57,698 nt of DNA from a candidate division TA06 bacterium (lineage in GTDB: Bacteria > Edwardsbacteria > AC1 > EtOH8), in contig JACQXR010000004.1 of NCBI GenBank assembly GCA_016208585.1, positions 1-57,698 on the forward strand. Direction: 5' to 3'. Below, in pieces: positions 56,489 through 57,698 of the stretch. The translations under genes were made by a program, and so were the position numbers. The notes under the pieces were generated by a model. The model was not told where the DNA came from. It searched no databases and worked only from the letters and a program-made list of their open reading frames with translations. The first letter of the stretch is position 1. Every line of letters begins with the position of its first letter.

Positions 56489-56745
56489 GTTACCACTGAA
56501 GAAGACTTTTTTTCACCGAAACACACTAAAAGCACGAAAATTATAATTGGTAAAACTAATTGATTTTCAAGGCTTTACAAAAACGTTGCAAAAATAGATT
56601 TTAGTGTATTTCGCGTGTTTAGGTGGTTTTTCAGGGAGAACTAAATATCCAAGTGTTTTGAGATCTTTGGAATTTAGTGTATTTCGCGTGTTTAGGTGGT
56701 TTTTCAGGGAGAACTAAATATCCAAGTGTTTTGAGATCTTTGGAA
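56489..56745. repeat. Palindromic MITE-like element, copy B, with its right arm duplicated
   Basis: The left arm gttaccactgaagaagactttttttcaccgaaacacactaaaag matches about 85 percent of copy A. The right arm ..tttagtgtatttcgcgtgtttaggtggtttttcagggagaactaa occurs twice. Confidence 0.55.
56600..56745. repeat. Exact tandem direct repeat, 2 x 73 bp
   Basis: Unit tttagtgtatttcgcgtgtttaggtggtttttcagggagaactaaatatccaagtgttttgagatctttggaa lies at 56600-56672 and again at 56673-56745. Confidence 0.9.
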
Positions 56746-56804
56746 TTGGTTTGATATTCGACATTAATATTTCGAGTTTGCTAAAAATTCAGAAGGTAAA
56801 TTTG

Positions 56805-57683
56805 ATGACCTTTAGATCCGGTTACGCGGCCCTGGCCGGCCGCCCCAACGTGGGAAAATCCACCCTGCTCAACGCCCTGCTGGGCCAGAAACTGGCGGCG
56901 GTCAGCCGCCGCCCCCAAACCACTAGGGCCAGGGTGCTGGGAATCCTGAATAACGACCGGTATCAGATCGTTCTTTTAGACACTCCGGGCCTGCTGGATC
57001 CCCGCTATGCCATGCAGAACGCCCTGCTGAAGATCGCCGCCAATTCCATCTCCCAGTCCGATGTCCTGGCCTTCCTGGTGGATTCCCAAAAGGGCTGGCA
57101 TGATGAGGACTGGAAGTACCTGCAGAAATATCAGCGCAAGAATACCATAGTGGTGTTAAACAAAATTGACGCCAAGCCCAAGTCGGAGGTGCTGGAGCTG
57201 ATAGCCCGGGTCAACCAGGCTACCGGGCTGGACCAAATCTATCCCATCTCGGCCCTCAAGAAATTCGGCCTGAAGGAACTGGAGGAGGGCATGGCCGCAT
57301 CATTGTCCGAGGGGCAGCCTTTTTATCCAACGGATATGGTCACCGACCAGCCCGAAAAATTCTTCGTGGCCGAGATCATCCGGGAAAAGATATTTGAACT
57401 GTGCGGGGCCGAGGTGCCGTACGCCACCGCGGTAGTAATAGACGAGTTCAAAGAGCAGGAGGGTCGCAAGGACGTGATCAAGGCCACCATCTGGGCGGAG
57501 AAAAAATCCCAAAAGCCGATATTGATCGGCCAGGGCGGGCATAAGATGAAGGCCATCGGCATAAACGCCCGGAAGGAGATAGAGGAGTTTTTGGACCGCC
57601 CGGTGTTTTTAGAGCTGTTCGTGAAAGTCAAGGATAAATGGCGAAATAACGAGGCTGATATAAGGGAATTGGGACTGTCATAG
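56805..57683 (+). CDS. era: GTPase Era
   Basis: G1 AGRPNVGKSTLLNAL, G3 DTPG, G4 NKID, and a C-terminal KH domain (VIKATIWAEKKSQKPILIGQGGHKMKAIG). ATG 56805 is preceded by agaagg. Confidence 0.9.
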   Translation: MTFRSGYAALAGRPNVGKSTLLNALLGQKLAAVSRRPQTTRARVLGILNNDRYQIVLLDTPGLLDPRYAMQNALLKIAANSISQSDVLAFLVDSQKGWHDEDWKYLQKYQRKNTIVVLNKIDAKPKSEVLELIARVNQATGLDQIYPISALKKFGLKELEEGMAASLSEGQPFYPTDMVTDQPEKFFVAEIIREKIFELCGAEVPYATAVVIDEFKEQEGRKDVIKATIWAEKKSQKPILIGQGGHKMKAIGINARKEIEEFLDRPVFLELFVKVKDKWRNNEADIRELGLS

Positions 57684-57698
57684 TTTTTTAGGAATAGA

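Noticed and set aside
56489-56745. Considered whether the 73-bp repeats or the heptamer arrays could be a CRISPR array
   Set aside because: There are only two contiguous identical units with no unique spacers between them. The heptamers are far too short. There are no cas genes in the window.
1-57698. Search for tRNA, rRNA, tmRNA, an integrase or a transposase that could explain the two AT-rich insertions
   Set aside because: I saw no cloverleaf-like sequence, no rRNA-like conserved block and no recombinase motif in any listed ORF or intergenic region. Absence by eye is not proof, so tRNAscan/Infernal should be run.

Overview
The window looks like a chromosomal segment from an uncultured Gram-negative bacterium. 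Several secreted proteins end in a T9SS-type C-terminal sorting domain, which suggests an FCB-superphylum-like lineage. All calls come from reading the supplied ORF translations and the DNA by eye. No BLAST, HMM or folding program was run, so family names are motif-level recognitions.

Most of the window is housekeeping or envelope genes:
- T9SS cargo genes, including two M14 carboxypeptidases
- a BaiN/YhiN-type flavoprotein and a GAF-GGDEF cyclase
- a ugd-uxs operon with two GT-C/GT2 pairs
- dxr, an M50 protease, an acyl-CoA ligase, cobO, tldD-pmbA and deoB
- holA, a patatin, rmuC and era

Two visibly AT-rich insertions interrupt this backbone:
1. About 19.4-26.3 kb is a defence island. It holds a type III R-M operon (mod, res) with an MntA/HepT toxin-antitoxin pair wedged between mod and res. 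A translationally coupled two-gene module of unknown function precedes it (a 165-aa orphan plus a DUF1828/DUF1829-like protein). A truncated Panacea-domain gene and a frameshifted receiver-like gene follow it.
2. About 33.5-36.3 kb is a solitary gene of roughly 900 aa. It encodes an amino-methyltransferase with a DUF1156-like N-terminus, zinc ribbons and a nuclease-like C-terminal domain.

A minus-strand operon at 36.3-42.0 kb (transglutaminase-like protein, ABC ATPase, DUF4388 protein, large permease) has unusual spacers. They are built of degenerate heptamers that place stop codons 7 nt apart, so all three frames are closed. The same pattern follows deoB.

Other structure in the window:
- two copies of a ~140-156 bp palindromic MITE-like element bracketing a small secreted-protein gene
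- an exact 2 x 73 bp tandem duplication upstream of era
- a 2 x 303 bp in-gene duplication
- several decayed genes (a T9SS CTD frameshift, a four-helix-bundle pseudogene, a GxxExxY-like pseudogene)
- a C6/C8/A8 homopolymer tract at the 5' end of an orphan coiled-coil gene

I found no rRNA, tRNA, CRISPR array, transposase or integrase.
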